Numbered from the stretch's first letter, positions 15,001 to 30,000 are shown. The stretch: 64,000 bases of DNA from Eledone cirrhosa (GCA_964016885.1 OZ024744.1:106764001-106828000), one strand, 5' to 3'. Translations and numbers: made by a program. Notes: generated by a model not told the origin, from the letters alone.

Positions 15001-18000
15001 CCAACCAGTTTGTCGTAAGATGGGTGAGAGAGAAGTGCTGCCTTCCAACCAGTTTGTTGTAAGATGGGTGAGAGGGAAGTCCTGCCTCCCAACCAGTTTG
15101 TTGTAAAGTGGCTGAGGGTGAATTTCTACCTTCCAACCTGTTTGTTGTAAAATGGGTGGGTGAGAGGGAAGTGTTGCCTTACAACCAGTTTGTTGTAAGG
15201 TGGGTGAAAGGGAAGTGCTGCCTTCCAACTAGTTTGTTGTAACTTGGGTGAGAGGGAATTGCTGCCTTCCAACCAGTTTGTTGTAACTTGGGTGAGAGGG
15301 AAGTCCTGCCTTCCAACCAATTTTTTGTAACTTGGGTGAGAGGGAAGTGCTGCCTTCCAACCAGTTTGTTGTAAGGTGGGTGAGAGGGAGGTGCTGCCTT
15401 CCAACCTATTTGTTGTAAAGTGGGTGCGTGAGAAGGAAGTGCTGCCTTCCAACCTGTTTGTTGTAAGATGGGTGAGAGGGAAGTGCTGCCTTCCAACCAG
15501 TTTCTTGTAAAGTGCGTGGGTGAGAGGGAAGTGCTGCCTTCCAACCAGTTTGTTGTAAGGTGGGTGAGAGGGAAGTGCTGCCTTCCAACCTATTTATTGT
15601 AAAGTGGGTGGGTGAGAGGAAGTGCTGCCCTCCAACGTGTTTGTTGTAAAGTGGGTGAGAGGGAAGTGCTGCCTTCTAACCAGTTTGTTGTAAGGTTGGT
15701 GAGAGGGAAGTGCTGCTTTCCAACATGTTTGTTGTAAGGTGGGTGAGACGAAAGTGCTGCCTTCCAACCAGTTTATCGTAAGGTGGGTGAGAGGGAAGTG
15801 TTGCCTTCCAACCAGTTTGTTGTAAGGTGGGTGAGAGGGAAATGCTGCCTTCCAACATGTTTGTTGTAAGGTGGGTGAGAGGGAAGTGCTGCCTTCTAAC
15901 CAGTTTGTTGTAAGGTTGGTGAGAGGGAAGTGCTGCTTTCCAACATGTTTGTTGTAAGGTGGGTGAGACGAAAGTGCTGCCTTCCAACCTGTTTGTTGTA
16001 AGGTGAGTGCGAGGGAAGTGCTGCCTTTTTACCAGTTTGTTGTAAAGTGGGTGACAGGGAAGTGCTGCCTTCCAAACAGTTCGTTGTAAGATGGGTGAGA
16101 GGGAAGTGCTGCCTTCCAACCTGTGTGTTGTAAAGTGGGTGAGAGGGAATTGCTGCCTTCCAACCAGTTTGACGTAACGTGGGTGAGCGGTAAGTGCTGC
16201 CTTCCAACCTGTTTGTTGTAAGGTGGGAAGAGGGAAGTGCTGCCTTCCAACCTGTTTGTTGTAAAGTGGGTGAGAGGGAACAGCTGCCTTCCAACCAGTT
16301 TGTTGTAAGGTGAGTGAGAGGGAATTTCTGCCTTCCAACCAGTTTGTTGTAAGATGGGTGAGAGGGAAGTCCTGCCTTCCAACCAATTTGTTGTAAAGTG
16401 GCTGAGAGGGAAGTGCTGCCTTCCAACCTCTTTGTTTTAAGGTGGGTGAGAGGGAAGTGCTGCCTTCCAACCTGTTTGTTGTAAATTGGGTGGGTGAGAA
16501 GGAAGTGCTGCCTTCCAACCATTTTGTTATAAGGTGGGTGAGATGGAAGTGCTGCCTTCCAACCTCTTTGTTTTAAGGTGGGTGAGAGGGAAGTGCTGCC
16601 TTCCAACCTGTTTGTTGTAAAGTGAGTGAGAGGGAAGTGCTGCCTTCCAACCAGTTTGTTGTAAAGTGGGTGAGAGGGAAGTGCTGCCTTCCAACCAGTT
16701 TGTTGTAAAGTGGGTGAGAGGGAAGTGCTTCATTCCAACCTGTTTGTTGTAAGGTGGGTGAGAGGGAATTGCTGCTTTCCAACCAGTTTGTTGTAAAGTT
16801 GTTGAGAGGGAAGTGCTGCCTTCCAACCTATTTGTTTTAAGGTGGGTGAGAGGGAAGTGCTGCCTTCCAACCTGTTTGTTGTAAAGTCAGTGAGAGGGAA
16901 GAGCTGCCTTCCAACCAGTTTGTTGTAAAGTGGGTGAGAGGGAAGTGCTTCATTCCAACCTGTTTGTTGTAAGGTGAGTGAGTGGGAAGTTCTGCCTTCC
17001 AACCAGTTTGTTGTAAGATGGGTGAGAGAGAAGTGCTGCCTTCCAACTAGTTTATTGTATGGTGGGTGAGAGGGAAGCGCTGCCTTCCATCCTGTTTGTT
17101 GTAAGGTGGATAAGAGGGGAGTGCTGCCTTCCAACCTGTTTGTTGTAAGGTGGGTGAGAGGGAAGTGCTGCCTTCCAACCAGTTCGTTGTAAGATGCGTT
17201 AGAGGGAAGTGTTGCCTTCCAACCAGTTTGTTGTAAAGTGGGTGAGAGGGAAGTGCTGCCTTCCAACCAGTTTATCGTAAGGTGGGTGAGAGGGAAGTGC
17301 TGCCTTCCAACTAGTTTATTGTAAGGTGGGTGAGAGGGAAGCGCTGCCTTCCATCCTGTTTGTTGTAAGGTGGATAAGAGGGAAGTGCTGCCTTCCAACC
17401 TGTTTGTTGTAAGGTGGGTGAGAGGGAAGTGCTGCCTACCAACCAGTTTGTTGTAAGGTGGGTGAGAGGGAAGTGCTGCCTTCCAACCTGTTTGTTGTAA
17501 GGTGGGTGAGAGAGAAGTGCTGCCTTCTAACCAGTTTGTTGTAAGGTTGGTGAGAGGGAAGTGCTGCTTTCCAACATATTTGTTGTAAGGTGGGTGAGAC
17601 GGAAGTGCTACCTTCCAACCTGTTTGTTGTAAGATGCGTTAGAGGGAAGTGTTGCCTTCCAACCAGTTTGTTGTAAAGTGGGTGAGAGGGAAGTACTGCC
17701 TTCCAACCAGTTTATCGTAAGGTGGGTGAGAGGGAAGAGCCGCCTTCCAACCAGTTTATCGTAAGGTGGGTGAGAGGGAAGTGCTGCCTTCCAACTAGTT
17801 TATTGTAAGGTGGGTGAGAGGGAAGCGCTGCCTTCCATCCTGTTTGTTGTAAGGTGGATAAGAGGGAATTGCTGCTTTCCAACCAGTTTGTTGTAAAGTG
17901 GTTGAGAGGGAAGTGCTGCATTCCAACCAGTTTGTTGTAAGGTGGGTGAGAGGGAAGTGCTGCCTTCCAACCTGTTTAATGTAAAGTGGGTGAGAGGGAA

Positions 18001-21000
18001 TTGCCGCCTTCCAACCAGTTTGTTGTAAGGTGGGTGAGAGGGAAGTGCTGCCTTCCAACCTGTTTCTTGTAAAGTGTGTGAGAGGGAATTGCTGCCTTCC
18101 AACCAGTTTGATGTAACGTGGGTGAGAGGTAAGTGCTGCCTTCCAACCAGTTTGTTGTAAGGTGGGAAGAGGGAAGTGCTGCCTTCCAACCTGTTTGTTG
18201 TAAAGTGGGTGAGAGGGAACAGCTGCCTTCCAACCAGGTTGTTGTAAGGTGAGTGAGAGGGAATTTCTGCCTTCCAACCAGTTTGTTGTAAGATGGGTGA
18301 GAGGGAAGTCCTGCCTTCCAACCAATTTGTTGTAAAGTGGCTGAGAGGGAAGTGCTGCCTTCCAACCTGTTTGTTGTAAATTGGGTGGGTAAGAAGGAAG
18401 TGCTGCCTTCCAACCATTTTGTTATAAGGTGGGTGAGAGGGAAGTGCTGCCTTCCAGCCTCTTTGTTTTAAGGTGGGTGAGAGGGAAGTGCTGCCTTCCA
18501 ACCAGTTTGTTGTGAGGTGGGTGAGAGGGAAGTGCTGCCTTCCAACCAGTTTGTTGTAAAGTGGGTGAGAGGGAAGTGCTGCCTTCCAACCTATTTGTTG
18601 TAAAGTGGGTGGGGGAGAAGGAAGTGCTGCCTTCCAACCTGTTTGTTGTAAGATGGGTGAGAGGGAAGTGCTGCCTTCCAACCAGTTTCTTGTAAAGTGC
18701 GTGGGTGAGATGGAAGTGCTGCCTTCCAACCAGTTTGTTGTAAGGTGGGTGAGAGGGAAGTGCTGCCTTCCAACCTATTTATTGTAAAGTGGGTGGGTGA
18801 GAGGAAGTGCTGCCCTCCAACCTGTTTGTTGTAAAGTGGGTGAGAGGGAAGTGCTGCCTTCAAACCAGTTTATCGTAAGGTGGGTGAGAGGGAAGTGCTG
18901 CCTTCCAACCGGTTTGTTGTAAGGTTGGTGAGAGGGAAGTGCTGCCTTACAACCAGTTTGTTGTAAGGTGGGTGAGAGGGAAGTGCTACCTTACAACCAG
19001 TTTGTTGTAAGGTGGGTGAGAGGGAAGTGCTGCCTTCCAACCTGTTTGTTGTAAGGTGGGTGAGAGGGAAGTGCTACCTTACAACCAGTTTGTTGTAAGG
19101 TGGGTGAGTGGGAAGTGCTGCCTTCCAACCTGTTTGTTGTAAGGTGGGTGAGAGGGAAGTGCTGCCTTTTTACCAGTTTGTTGTAAAGTGGGTGAGAGGG
19201 AAGTGCTGCCTTCCAAACAGTTCGTTGTAAGGTGGGTGAGAGGGAATTGCTGCTTTCCAACCAGTTTTTTGTAAAGTGGGTGAGAGGGAAGTGCTGCATT
19301 CCAACCAGTTTGTGGTAAGGTGGGTGAGAGGGAAGTGCTGCCTTCCAACCAGATTGTTGTAAGGTGGGTTAGAGGGAAGTGCTGCCTTCCAACCTGTTTG
19401 TTGTAAAGTGGGTGAGAGGGAATTGCTGCCTTCCAACCAGTTTGATGTAACGTGGGTGAGAGGTAAGTGCTGCCTTCCAACCTGTTTGTTGTAAGGTGGG
19501 AAGAGGGAAGTGCTGCCTTCCAACCTGTTTGTTGTAAAGTGGGTTAGAGGGAACAGCTGCCTTCCAACCAGTTTGTTGTAAGGTGAGTGAGAGGGAATTT
19601 CTGCCTTCCAACCAGTTTGTTGTAAGATGGGTGAGAGGGAAGTCCTGCCTTCCAACAAATTTGTTGTAAAGTGGCTGAGAGGGAAGTGCCTCCTTCCAAT
19701 CTGTTTGTTGTAAAATGGGTGGGTGAGATGGAAGTGCTGACTTCCAACCAGTTTGTTGTAAGCTGGGTGAGAGGGAAGTGTTGCCTTCCAACCTCTTTGT
19801 TTTAAGGTGGGTGAGAGGGAAGTGCTGCCTTCCAACCAGTTTGTTGTAAGGTGGGTGAGATGGAAGTCCTGCCTTCCAACCAATTTGTTGTAAAGTGGGT
19901 GAGAGGGAAGTGCTGCCTTCCAACCTGTTTGTTGTAAAGTGGGTGAGAGTGAGAGGGAAGTGCTGCCTTCCAACCAATTTGTCGTAAAGTGGGTGAGAGG
20001 GAAGTGCTGCCTTACAACCAGTTTGTTGTAAGGTGGGTCAAAGGGAAGTGCTACCTTCCAACTAGTTTGTTGTAAGGTGGGTGAGAGGGAAGTGCTGCCT
20101 TCCAACCAGTTTGTCGTAAGGTGGGTGAGAGGGAAGTGCTGCCTTCCAACCAGTTTGTTGTAACTTGGGTGAGAGGCAAGTCCTGCCTTCCAACCAGTTT
20201 GTTGTAACTTGGGTGAGAGGGAAGTGCTGCCATCCAAACAGTTTGTTGTAAGGTGGGTGAGTGGGAAGTGCTGCCTTCCAACCTATTTGTTGTAAAGTGG
20301 GTGGGTGAGAAGGAAGTGCTGCCTTCCAACCTGTTTGTTGTAAGATGGGTGAGAGGGAAGTGCTGCCTTCCAACCAGTTTCTTGTAAAGTCCGTGGGTGA
20401 GAGGGAAGTGCTGCCTTCCAACCAGTTTGTTGTAAGGTGGGTGAGAGGGAAGTGCTGCCTTCCAACCTATTTATTGTAAAGTGGGTGGGTGAGAGGAAGT
20501 GCTGCCCTCCAACCTGTTTGTTGTAAAGTGGGTGAGAGGGAAGTGCTGCCTTCCAACCAGTTTGTTGTAAGATGAGTTAGAGGGAAGTGTTGCATTCCAA
20601 CCAGTTTGTTGTAAAGTGGGTGAGAGGGAAGTGCTGCCTTCCAACCAGTTTATCGTAAGGTGGGTGAGAGGGAAGTGCTGCCTTCCAACCAGTTTGTTGT
20701 AAAGTGGGTGAGAGGGAAGTGCTGCCTTCCAAACTGTTTGTTGTAAGGTGGGTGAGAGGGAAGTGCTGCCTTCTAACCAGTTTGTTGTAAGGTTGGTGAG
20801 AGGGAAGTGCTGCTTTCCAACATGTTTGTTGTAAGGTGGGTGAGACGGAAGTGCTGCCTTCCAACCTGTTTGTTGTAAGGCTAGTGAGAGGGAAGTGCTG
20901 CCTTTTTACCAGTTTGTTGTAAAGTGGGTGAGAGGGAAGTGCTCCCTTCCAAACAGTTCGTTGTAAGGTGGGTGAGAGGGAATTGCTGCTTTCCAACCAG

Positions 21001-24000
21001 TTTGTTGTAAAGTGGTTGCGAGGGAAGTGCTGCATTCCAACCAGTTTGTTGTAAGGTGGGTGAGAGGGAATTGCTGCCTTCCAACCAGTTTGTTGTAAGG
21101 TGAGTGAGAGGGAAGTGCTGCCTTCCAACCTGTTTGTTGTAAAGTGGGTGAGAGGGAATTGCTGCCTTCCAACCAGTTTGATGTAACGTGGGTGAGAGGT
21201 AAGTGCTGCCTTCCAACCTGTTTGTTGTATGGTGGGAAGAGGGAAGTGCTGCCTTCCAACCTGTTTGTTGTAAAGTGGGTGAGAGGGAACAGCTGCCTTC
21301 CTACCAGTTTGTTGTAAGGTGAGTGAGAGGGAATTTCTGCCTTCCAACCAGTTTGTTGTAAGATGGGTGAGAGGGAAGTCCTGCCTTCCAACCAATTTGT
21401 TGTAAAGCGGCTGAGAGGGAAGTGCTGCCTTCCAACCTGTTTGTTGTAAATTGGGTGGGTGAGAAGGATGTGCTGCCTTCCAACCATTTTGTTATAAGGT
21501 GGGTGAGAGGGACGTGCTGCCTTCCAACCTCTTTGTTTTAAGGTGGGTGAGAGGGAAGTGCTGCCTTCCAACCTGTTTGTTGTAAAGTGGGTGAGAGGGA
21601 AGAGCTGCCTTCCAACCAGTTTGTTGTAAAGTGGGTGAGAGGGAAGTGCTTCATTCCAACCTGTTTGTTGTAAGGTGAGTGAGTGGGAAGTTCTGCCTTC
21701 CAACCAGTTTGTTGTAAGATGGGTGAGAGAGAAGTGCTGCCTTCCAACCAATTTATTGTAAGGTGGGTGAGGGTGAATTTCTAGCTTCCAACCTGTTTGT
21801 TGTAAAATGGGTGGGTGAGAGGGAAGTGTTGCCTTACAACCAGTTTGTTGTAAGGTGGGTGAAAAGGAAGTGCTGCCTTCCAACTAGTTTGTTGTAAGGT
21901 GGGTGAGAGGGAAGTGTTGCCTTCCAACCAGTTTGCTGTAAAGTGGGTGAGAGGAAAGTGCTGCCTTCCAACCAGTTTGTTGTAAAATGAGTGAGAGGAA
22001 AGTGCTTCATTCCAACCTGTTTGTTGTAAGGTGAGTGAGTGGGAAGTTCTGCCTTCCAACCAGTTTGTTGTAAGATGGGTGAGAGAGAAGTGCTGCCTTC
22101 CAACCAATTTATTGTAAGGTGGGTGAGAGCGATGTGCTGCCTTTCAACCAGTTTGTTGTAAGATGGGTGAGAGGGAAGTCCTGCCTTCCAACCAGTTTGT
22201 TGTAAAGTGGCTGAGGGTGAATTTCTACCTTCCAACCTGTTTGCTGTAAAATGGGTGGGTGAGAGGGAAGTGTTGCCTTACAACCAGTTTGTTGTAAGGT
22301 GGGTGAAAGGGTAATGCTGCCTTCCAACTAGTTTGTTGTAAGGTGGGTGAGAGGGAAATGCTGCCTTCCAACCAGTTTGTTGTAACTTGGATGAGAGGGA
22401 ATTGCTTCCTTCCAACCAGTTTGTTGTAACTTGGGTGAGAGGGAAGTCCTGCCTTCCAACCAGTTTCTTGTAACTTGGGTGAGAGGGAAGTGCTGCCTTC
22501 CAACCAGTTTGTTGTAAGGTGGGTGAGAGGGAAGTGCTGCCTTCCAACCTATTTGTTGTAAAGTGGGTGGGTGAGAAGGAAGTGCTGCCGTCCAACCTGT
22601 TTGTTGTAAGATGGATGAGAGGGAAGTGCTGCCTTCCAACCAGTTTGTTGTAAGGTGGGTGAGAGGGAAGTGCTGCGTTCCAACCTATTTATTGTAAAGT
22701 GGGTGGGTGAGAGGAAGTGCTGCCCTCCAACCTGTTTGTTGTAAAGTGGGTGAGAGGGAATTGCTACCTTCCAACCAGTTTGATGTAACGTGGGTGAGAG
22801 GTAATTGCTGCCTTCCAACCTGTTTGTTGTAAGGTGGGAAGAGGGAAGTGCTGCCTTCCAACCTGTTTGTTGTAAAGTGGGTGAGAGGGAACAGCTGCCT
22901 TCCAACCAGTTTGTTGTAAGGTGAGTGAGAGGGAATTTCTGCCTTCCAACCAGTTTGTTGTAAGATGGGTGAGTGGGAAGTCCTGCCTTCCAACCAATTT
23001 GTTGTAAAGTGGCTGAGAGGGAAGTGCTGCCTTCCAACCTGTTTGTTGTAAATTGGGTGGGTGAGAAAGAAGTGCTGCCTTCCAAACATTTTGTTATAAG
23101 GTGGGTGAGAGGGAAGTGCTGCCTTCCAACCAGTTTGTTGTGAGGTGGGTGAGAGGGAAGTGCTGCCTTCCAACCTATTTGTTGTAAAGTGGGTGGGTGA
23201 GAAGGAAATGCTGCCTTCCAACCTGTTTGTTGTAAGATGGGTGAGAGGGAAGTGCTGCCTTCCAACCAGTTTCTTGTAAAGTGCGTGGGTGAGAGGGAAG
23301 TGCTGCCTTCCAACCAGTTTGTTGTAAGGTGAGTGAGAGGGAAGTGCTGCCTTCCAACCTATTTATTGTAAAGTGGGTGGGTAAGAGGAAGTGCTGCCCT
23401 CCAACCTGTTTGTTGTAAAGTGGGTGAGAGGGAAGTGCTGCCTTCCAACCAGTTTGTTGTAAGATGGGTTAGAGGGAAGTGTTGCATTCCAACCAGTTTG
23501 TTGTAAAGTGGGCGAGAGGGAAGTGCTGCCTTCCAACCAGTTTATCGTAAGGTGGGTGAGAGGGAAGTGCTGCCTTCCAAACTGTTTGTTGTAAGGTGGG
23601 TGAGAGGGAAGTGCTGCCTTCTAACCAGTTTGTTGTAAGGTTGGTGAGAGGGAAGTGCTGCTTTCCAACATGTTTGTTGTAAGGTGGGTGAGACGGAAGT
23701 GCTGCCCTCCAACCTGTTTGTTGTAAGGTTAGTGAGAGGGAAGTGCTGCCTTTTTACCAGTTTGTTGTAAAGTGGGTGAGAGGGAAGTGCTGCCTTCCAA
23801 ACAGTTGGTTGTAAGTTGGGTGAGAGGGAATTGCTGCTTTCCAACCAGTTTGTTGTAAAGTGGTTGCGAGGGAAGTGCTGCATTCCAACCAGTTTGTTGT
23901 AAGGTGGGTGAGAGGGAATTGCTGCCTTCCAACCAGTTTGTTGTAAGGTGAGTGAGAGGGAAGTGCTGCCTTCCAACCTGTTTGTTGTAAAGTGGGTGAG

Positions 24001-27000
24001 AGGGAATTGCTGCCTTCCAACCAGTTTGATGTAACGTGGGTGAGAGGTAAGTGCTGCCTTCCAACCAGTTTGTTGTAAGGTGGGAAGAGGGAAGTGCTGC
24101 CTTCCAACCTGTTTGTTGTAAAGTGGGTGAGAGGGAACAGCTGCCTTCCTACCAGTTTGTTGTAAGGTGAGTGAGAGTGAATTTCTGCCTTCCAACCAGT
24201 TTGTTGTAAGATGGGTGAGAGGGAAGTCCTGCCTTCCAACCAATTTGTTGTAAAGTGGCTGAGAGGGAAGTGCTGCCTTCCAACCTGTTTGTTGTAAATT
24301 GGGTGGGTGAGAAGGAAGTGCTGCCTTCCAACCATTTTGTTATAAGGTGGGTGAGAGGGAAGTGCTGCCTTCCAACCTCTTTGTTTTAAGGTGGGTGAGA
24401 GGGAAGTGCTGCCTTCCAACCTGTTTGTTGTAAAGTGGGTGAGGGGGAAGAGCTGCCTTCCAACCAGTTTGTTGTAAAGTGGGTGAGAGGGAAGTGCTTC
24501 ATTCCAACCTGTTTGTTGTAAGGTGAGTGAGTGGGATGTTCTGCCTTCCAACCAGTTTGTTGTAAGATGGGTGAGAGAGAAGTGCTGCCTTCCAACCAAT
24601 TTATTGTAAGGTGGGTGAGGGTGAATTTCTACCTTCCAATCTCTTTGTTTTAAGGTGGGTGAGAGGGAAGTGCTGCCTTCCGACCAGTTTGTTGTAAGGT
24701 GGGTGAGAGGGAAGTGCTGCCTTCCAACCAGTTTGTTGTAAGGTGGGTGAAAGGGAAGTGCCACCTTCCAACTAGTTTGTTGTAAGGTCGGTGAGAGGGA
24801 AGTGCTGCCTTCCAACCAGTTTGTTGTAATGTGGGTGAGAGGGAAGTGCTGCCTTCCAACCTATTTATTGTAAAGTGGGTGGGGGAGAGGAAGTGCTGCC
24901 TTCCAACCTGTTTGTTGTAAAGTGGGTGAGAGGGAAGTGCTGCCTTCCAACCCATTTGTTGTAAGATGGGTGAGAGGGAACTGCTGCATTCCAACCAGTT
25001 TTTTGTCAAGTTGTGGGTGAGAGGGAAGTGCTGCCTTCCAACCAGTTTATTGTAAGGTGGGTGAGAGGGAAGCGCTGCCTTCCAACCTGTTTGTTGTAAG
25101 GTGGATAAGAGGGAAGTGCTGCCTTCCAACCTGTTTGTTGTAAAGTGGGTGAGAGGGAAGAGCTGCCTTCCAACCAGTTTGTTGTAAAGTGGGTGAGAGG
25201 GAAGTGCTTCATTCCAACCTGTTTGTTGTAAGGTGAGTGAGTGGGAAGTTCTGCCTTCCAACCAGTTTGTTGTAAGATGGGTGAGAGAGAAGTGCTGCCT
25301 TCCAACCAATTTATTGTAAGGTGGGTGAGGGTGAATTTCTACCTTCCAACCTGTTTGTTGTAAAATGGGTGGGTGAGAGGGAAGTGTCGCCTTACAACCA
25401 GTTTGTTGTAAGGTGGGTGAAAAGGAAGTGCTGCCTTCCAACTAGTTTGTTGTAAGGTGGGTGAGAGGGAAGTGTTGCCTTCCAACCAGTTTGCTGTAAA
25501 GTGGGTGAGAGGAAAGTGCTGCCTTCCAACTAGTTTGTTGTAAAGTGGTGAGAGGAAAGTGCTTCATTCCAACCTGTTTGTTGTAAGGTGAGTGAGTGGG
25601 AAGTTCTGCCCTCCAACCAGTTTGTTGTAAGATGGGTGAGAGAGAAGTGCTGCCTTCCAACCAATTTATTGTAAGGTGGGTGAGAGGGATGTGCTGCCTT
25701 TCAACCAGTTTGTTGTAAGATGGGTGAGAGGGAAGTGCTGCCTTCCAACCAGTTTGTTGTAAGATGGGTGAGAGGGAAGTCCTGCCTTCCAACCAGTTTG
25801 TTGTAAAGTGGCTGAGGGTGAATTTCTACCTTCCAACCTGTTTGCTGTAAAATGGGTGGGTGACAGGGAAGTGTTGCCTTACAACCAGTTTGTTGTAAGG
25901 TGGGTGAAAGGGAAGTGCTGCCTTCCAACTAGTTTGTTGTAAGGTGGGTGAGAGGGAAGTGCTGCCTTCCAACCAGTTTGTTGTAACTTGGGTGAGAGGG
26001 AATTGCTTCCTTCCATCCAGTTTGTTGTAACTTGGGTGAGAGGGAAGTGCTGCCTTCCAACCTGTTTGTTGTAAGGTGGGTGAGAGGGAAGTGCTTTCCT
26101 TCTAACCAGTTTGTTGTAAGATGGGTGAGACGGAAGTGCTGCCTTCCAACCTGTTTGTTGTAAGGTGAGTGAGAGGGAAGTGCTGCCTTTTTACCAGTTT
26201 GTTGTAAAGTGGGTGAGAGGGAAGTGCTGCCTTCCAACCAGTTTGTTGTAAGGTGCGTGAGAGGGAAGTGCTGCCTTCCAACCTGTTTGTTGTAAAGTGG
26301 GTGAGAGGGAATTGCTGCCTTCCAACCAGTTTGATGTAACGTGGGTGAGAGGTAAGTGCTGCCTTCCAACCTGTTATTTGTAAGGTGGGAAGAGGGAAGT
26401 GCTGCCTTCCAACCTTTTTGTTGTAAGGTCGGTGAGAGGGAATTTCTGCCTTCCAACCAGTTTGTTGTAAGGTGGCTGAGAGGGAAGTGCTGCCTTCCAA
26501 CCTGTTTGTTGTAAATTGGGTGGGTGACAAGGAAGTGCTGCCTTCCAACCATTTTGTTATAAGGTGGGTGAGAGGGAAGTGCTGCCTTCGAACCTGTTTG
26601 TTGTAAAGTGGGTGAGAGGGAAGTGCGGCATTCCAACCAGTTTGTTGTAAGGTGGGTGAGAGGGAAGTGCTGCCTTCCAACCAGTTTGTTGTAAGGTGGG
26701 TGAGAGGGAAGTGCTGCCTTCCAACCTTTTTGTTGTAAGGTGGGTGAGAGGGAAATGCTGCCTTCTAAACAGTTTGTTGAAAGGTGGGTGAGAGGGAAGT
26801 GCTGCCTTCTAACCAGTTTGTTTTAAAGAGGGTGAGAGGGAAGTGCTGCCTTCCAACCAGTTTGTTATAAAGTAGGTGAGGGGGAAGTGCTGCCTTCCAA
26901 CCTGTTTGTTGTAAGGTGGGTGACAGGGAATTGCTGCTTTCCAACCAGTTTGATGTAACGTGGGTGAGAGGTAAGTGCTGCCTTCCAACCTGTTATTTGT

Positions 27001-30000
27001 AAGGTGGGCAGAGGGAAGTGCTGCCGTCCAACCTTTTTGTTGTAAAGTGGGTGAGAGGGAATAGCTGCCTTCCAACCAGTTTGTTGTAAGGTGAGTGAGA
27101 GGGAATTTCTGCCTTCCAACCAATTTGTTGTAAGATGGGTGAGAGGGAAGTGCTGCCGTCCAACCTTTTTGTTGTAAAGTGGGTGAGAAGGACGTGCTGC
27201 CTTCCAACCATTTTGTTATAAGGTGAGTGAGAGGGAAGTGCTGCCTTCCAATCTCTTTGTTTTAAGGTGGGTGAGAGGGAAGTGCTGCCTTCCAACCAGT
27301 TTGTTGTAAGGTGGGTGAGAGGGAAGTGCTGCCTTTTTACCAGTTTGTTGTAAAGTGGGTGAGAGGGAAGTGCTGCCTTCCAAACATTTTGTTGTAAGGT
27401 GGGTGAGAGGGAATTGCTGCTTTGCAACCAGTTTTTTGTAAAGTGGGTGAGAGGGAAGTGCTGCAGTCCAACCAGTTTATTGTAAAGTGGGTGAGAGGGA
27501 AGTGCTGCCTTCCAACCTGTTTGTTGTAAAGTGGGTGAGAGGGAAGTGCTGCCTTCCAACCAGTTTGTTGTAAGATGGGTGAGAGAGAAGTGCTGCCTTC
27601 CAACCTGTTTGTTGTAAAGTGGGTGAGAGGGAAGTGCTGCCTTCCAACCAATTTGTTGTAAAGTGGGTGAGAGGGAAGTGCTGCCTTACAACCAGTTTGT
27701 TGTAAGGTGGGTGAAAGGGAAGTGCCACCTTCCAACTAGTTTGTTGTAAGGTCGGTGAGAGGGAAGTGCTGCCTTCCAACCAGTTTGTTGTAAGGTGGGT
27801 GAGAGGGAAGTGCTGCCTTCCAACCTATTTATTGTAAAGTGGGTGGGTGAGAGGAAGTGCTGCCTTCCAACCTGTTTGTTGTAAAGTGGGTGAGAGGGAA
27901 GTGCTGCCTTCCAACCAGTTTGTTGTAAGATGGGTGAGAGGGAAGTGCTGCATTCGAACCAGTTTTTTGTCAAGTTGTGGGTGAGAGGGAAATGCTGCCT
28001 TCCAACCAGTTTATTGTAAGGTGGGTGAGAGGGAAGCGCTGCCTTCCAACCTGTTTGTTGTAAGGTGGATAAGAGGGAAGTGCTGCCTTCCAACCTGTTT
28101 GTTGTAAAGTGGGTGAGAGGGAAAATCTGCCTTCCAACCAGTTTGTTGTAAAGTGGGTGAGAGTGAGAGGGAAGTGCTGCCTTCCAACCAATTTGTTGTA
28201 AAGTGGGTGAGAGGGAAGTGCTGCCTTCCAACTAGTTTGTTGTAAGGTGGGTGAGAGGGAAGTGCTGCCTTCCAACCATTTTATTGTAAGGTGGGTGAGA
28301 GGGAAGCGCTGCCTTCCAACCTGTTTGTTGTAAGGTGGATAAGAGGGAAGTGCTGCCTTCCAACCTATTTGTTGTAAAGTGGCTGAGAGGGAATTGCAGC
28401 CTTCCAACCAGTTTGTTGTAAGGTGGGTGAGAGGGAAGTGCTGCCTTCCAACCTGTTTGTTGTAAAGTGGGTGAGAGGGAATTGCTGCCTTCCAACCAGT
28501 TTGATGTAACGTGGGTGAGAGGTAAGTGCTGCCTTCCAACCTGTTTGTTGTAAAGTGGCTGAGAGGGAATTGCTGCCTTCCAACCAGTTTGTTGTAAGGT
28601 GGGAAGAGGGAAGTGCTGCCTTCCAACTAGTTTGTTTTAAGGTCGGTGAGAGGGAAGTGCTGCCTTCCAACCAGTTTGTTGTAACTTGGGTGAGAGGGAA
28701 GTCCTGCTTTCCAACCAGTTTGTTGTAACTTGGGTGAGAGGGAAGTGCTGCCTTCCAACTAGTTTGTTGTAAGGTGGCTGAGAGGGAAGTGCTATCTTCC
28801 AACTTATTATTTGTAAAGTGGGTGGGTGAGAAGGAAGTGCTGCCTTCCAACCAGTTTGTTGTAAGATGGGTGAGAGGGAAGTGCTGCCTTCCAACCAGTT
28901 TCTTGTAAAGTGGGTGGGTGAGAGGGAAGTGCTGCCTTCCAACCAGTTTGTTGTAAGTTGGGTGAGAGGGAAGTGCTGCCTTCCAACCTATTTATCGTAA
29001 AGTGGGTGGGTGAGAGGAATTGCTGCCTTCCAACCTGTTTGTTGTAAGATGGGTGAGAGGGAAGTGCTGCATTCCAACCAGTTTTTTGTCAAGTTGTGGG
29101 TGAGAGGGAAGCGCTGCCTTCCAACCTGTTTGTTGTCAGGTGGATAAGAGAGAAGTGCTGCCTTCCAACCTGTTTGTTGTAAGGTGGGTGAGAGGGAAGT
29201 GCTGCCTTCCAACCAGTTTGTTGTAAGGTGGGTGAGAGGGAAGTGCTACCTTACAACCAGTTTGTTGTAAGGTGGGTGAGAGGGAAGTGCTGCCTTCCAA
29301 CCAGTTTGTTGTAAAGTGGGTGGGTGAGAGGGAAGTGCTGCCTTCCAACCTGTTTGTTGTAAGGTGGGTGAGAGGGAAGGGCTGCCTTTTTACCAGTTTG
29401 TTGTAAAGTGGGTGAGAGGGAAGTGCTGCCTTCCAAACAGTTCGTTGTAAGGTGGGTGAGAGGGAATTGCTGCTTTCCAACCAGTTTTTTGTAAAGTGGG
29501 TGAGAGGGAAGTGCTGCCTTCCAACCAGTTTCTTGTAAAGTGGGTGAGAGGGAGGTGCTGCCATCCAACCAGTTTGTTGTAAAGTGGTTGAGAGGGAAGT
29601 GCTGCATTCCAACCAGTTTGTTGTAAGGTGGGTGAGAGGGAAGTGCTGCCTTCCAACCTGTTTGTTGTAAAGTGGGTGAGAGGGAATTGCTGCCTTCCAA
29701 CCAGTTTGATGTAACGTGGGTGAGAGGTAAGTGCTGCCTTCCAACCTGTTTGTTGTAAGGTGGGAAGAGGGAAGTGCTGCCTTCCAACCTGTTTGTTGTA
29801 AAGTGGGTGAGAGGGAACAGCTGCCTTCCAACCAGTTTGTTGTAAGGTGAGTGAGTGGGAATTTCTGCCTTCCAACCAGTTTGTTGTAAGATGGGTGAGA
29901 GGGAAGTCCTGCCTTCCAACCAATTTGTTGTAAAGTGGCTGAGAGGCAAGTGCCTCCTTCCAATCTGTTTGTTGTAAAATGGGTGGGTGAGAGGGAAGTG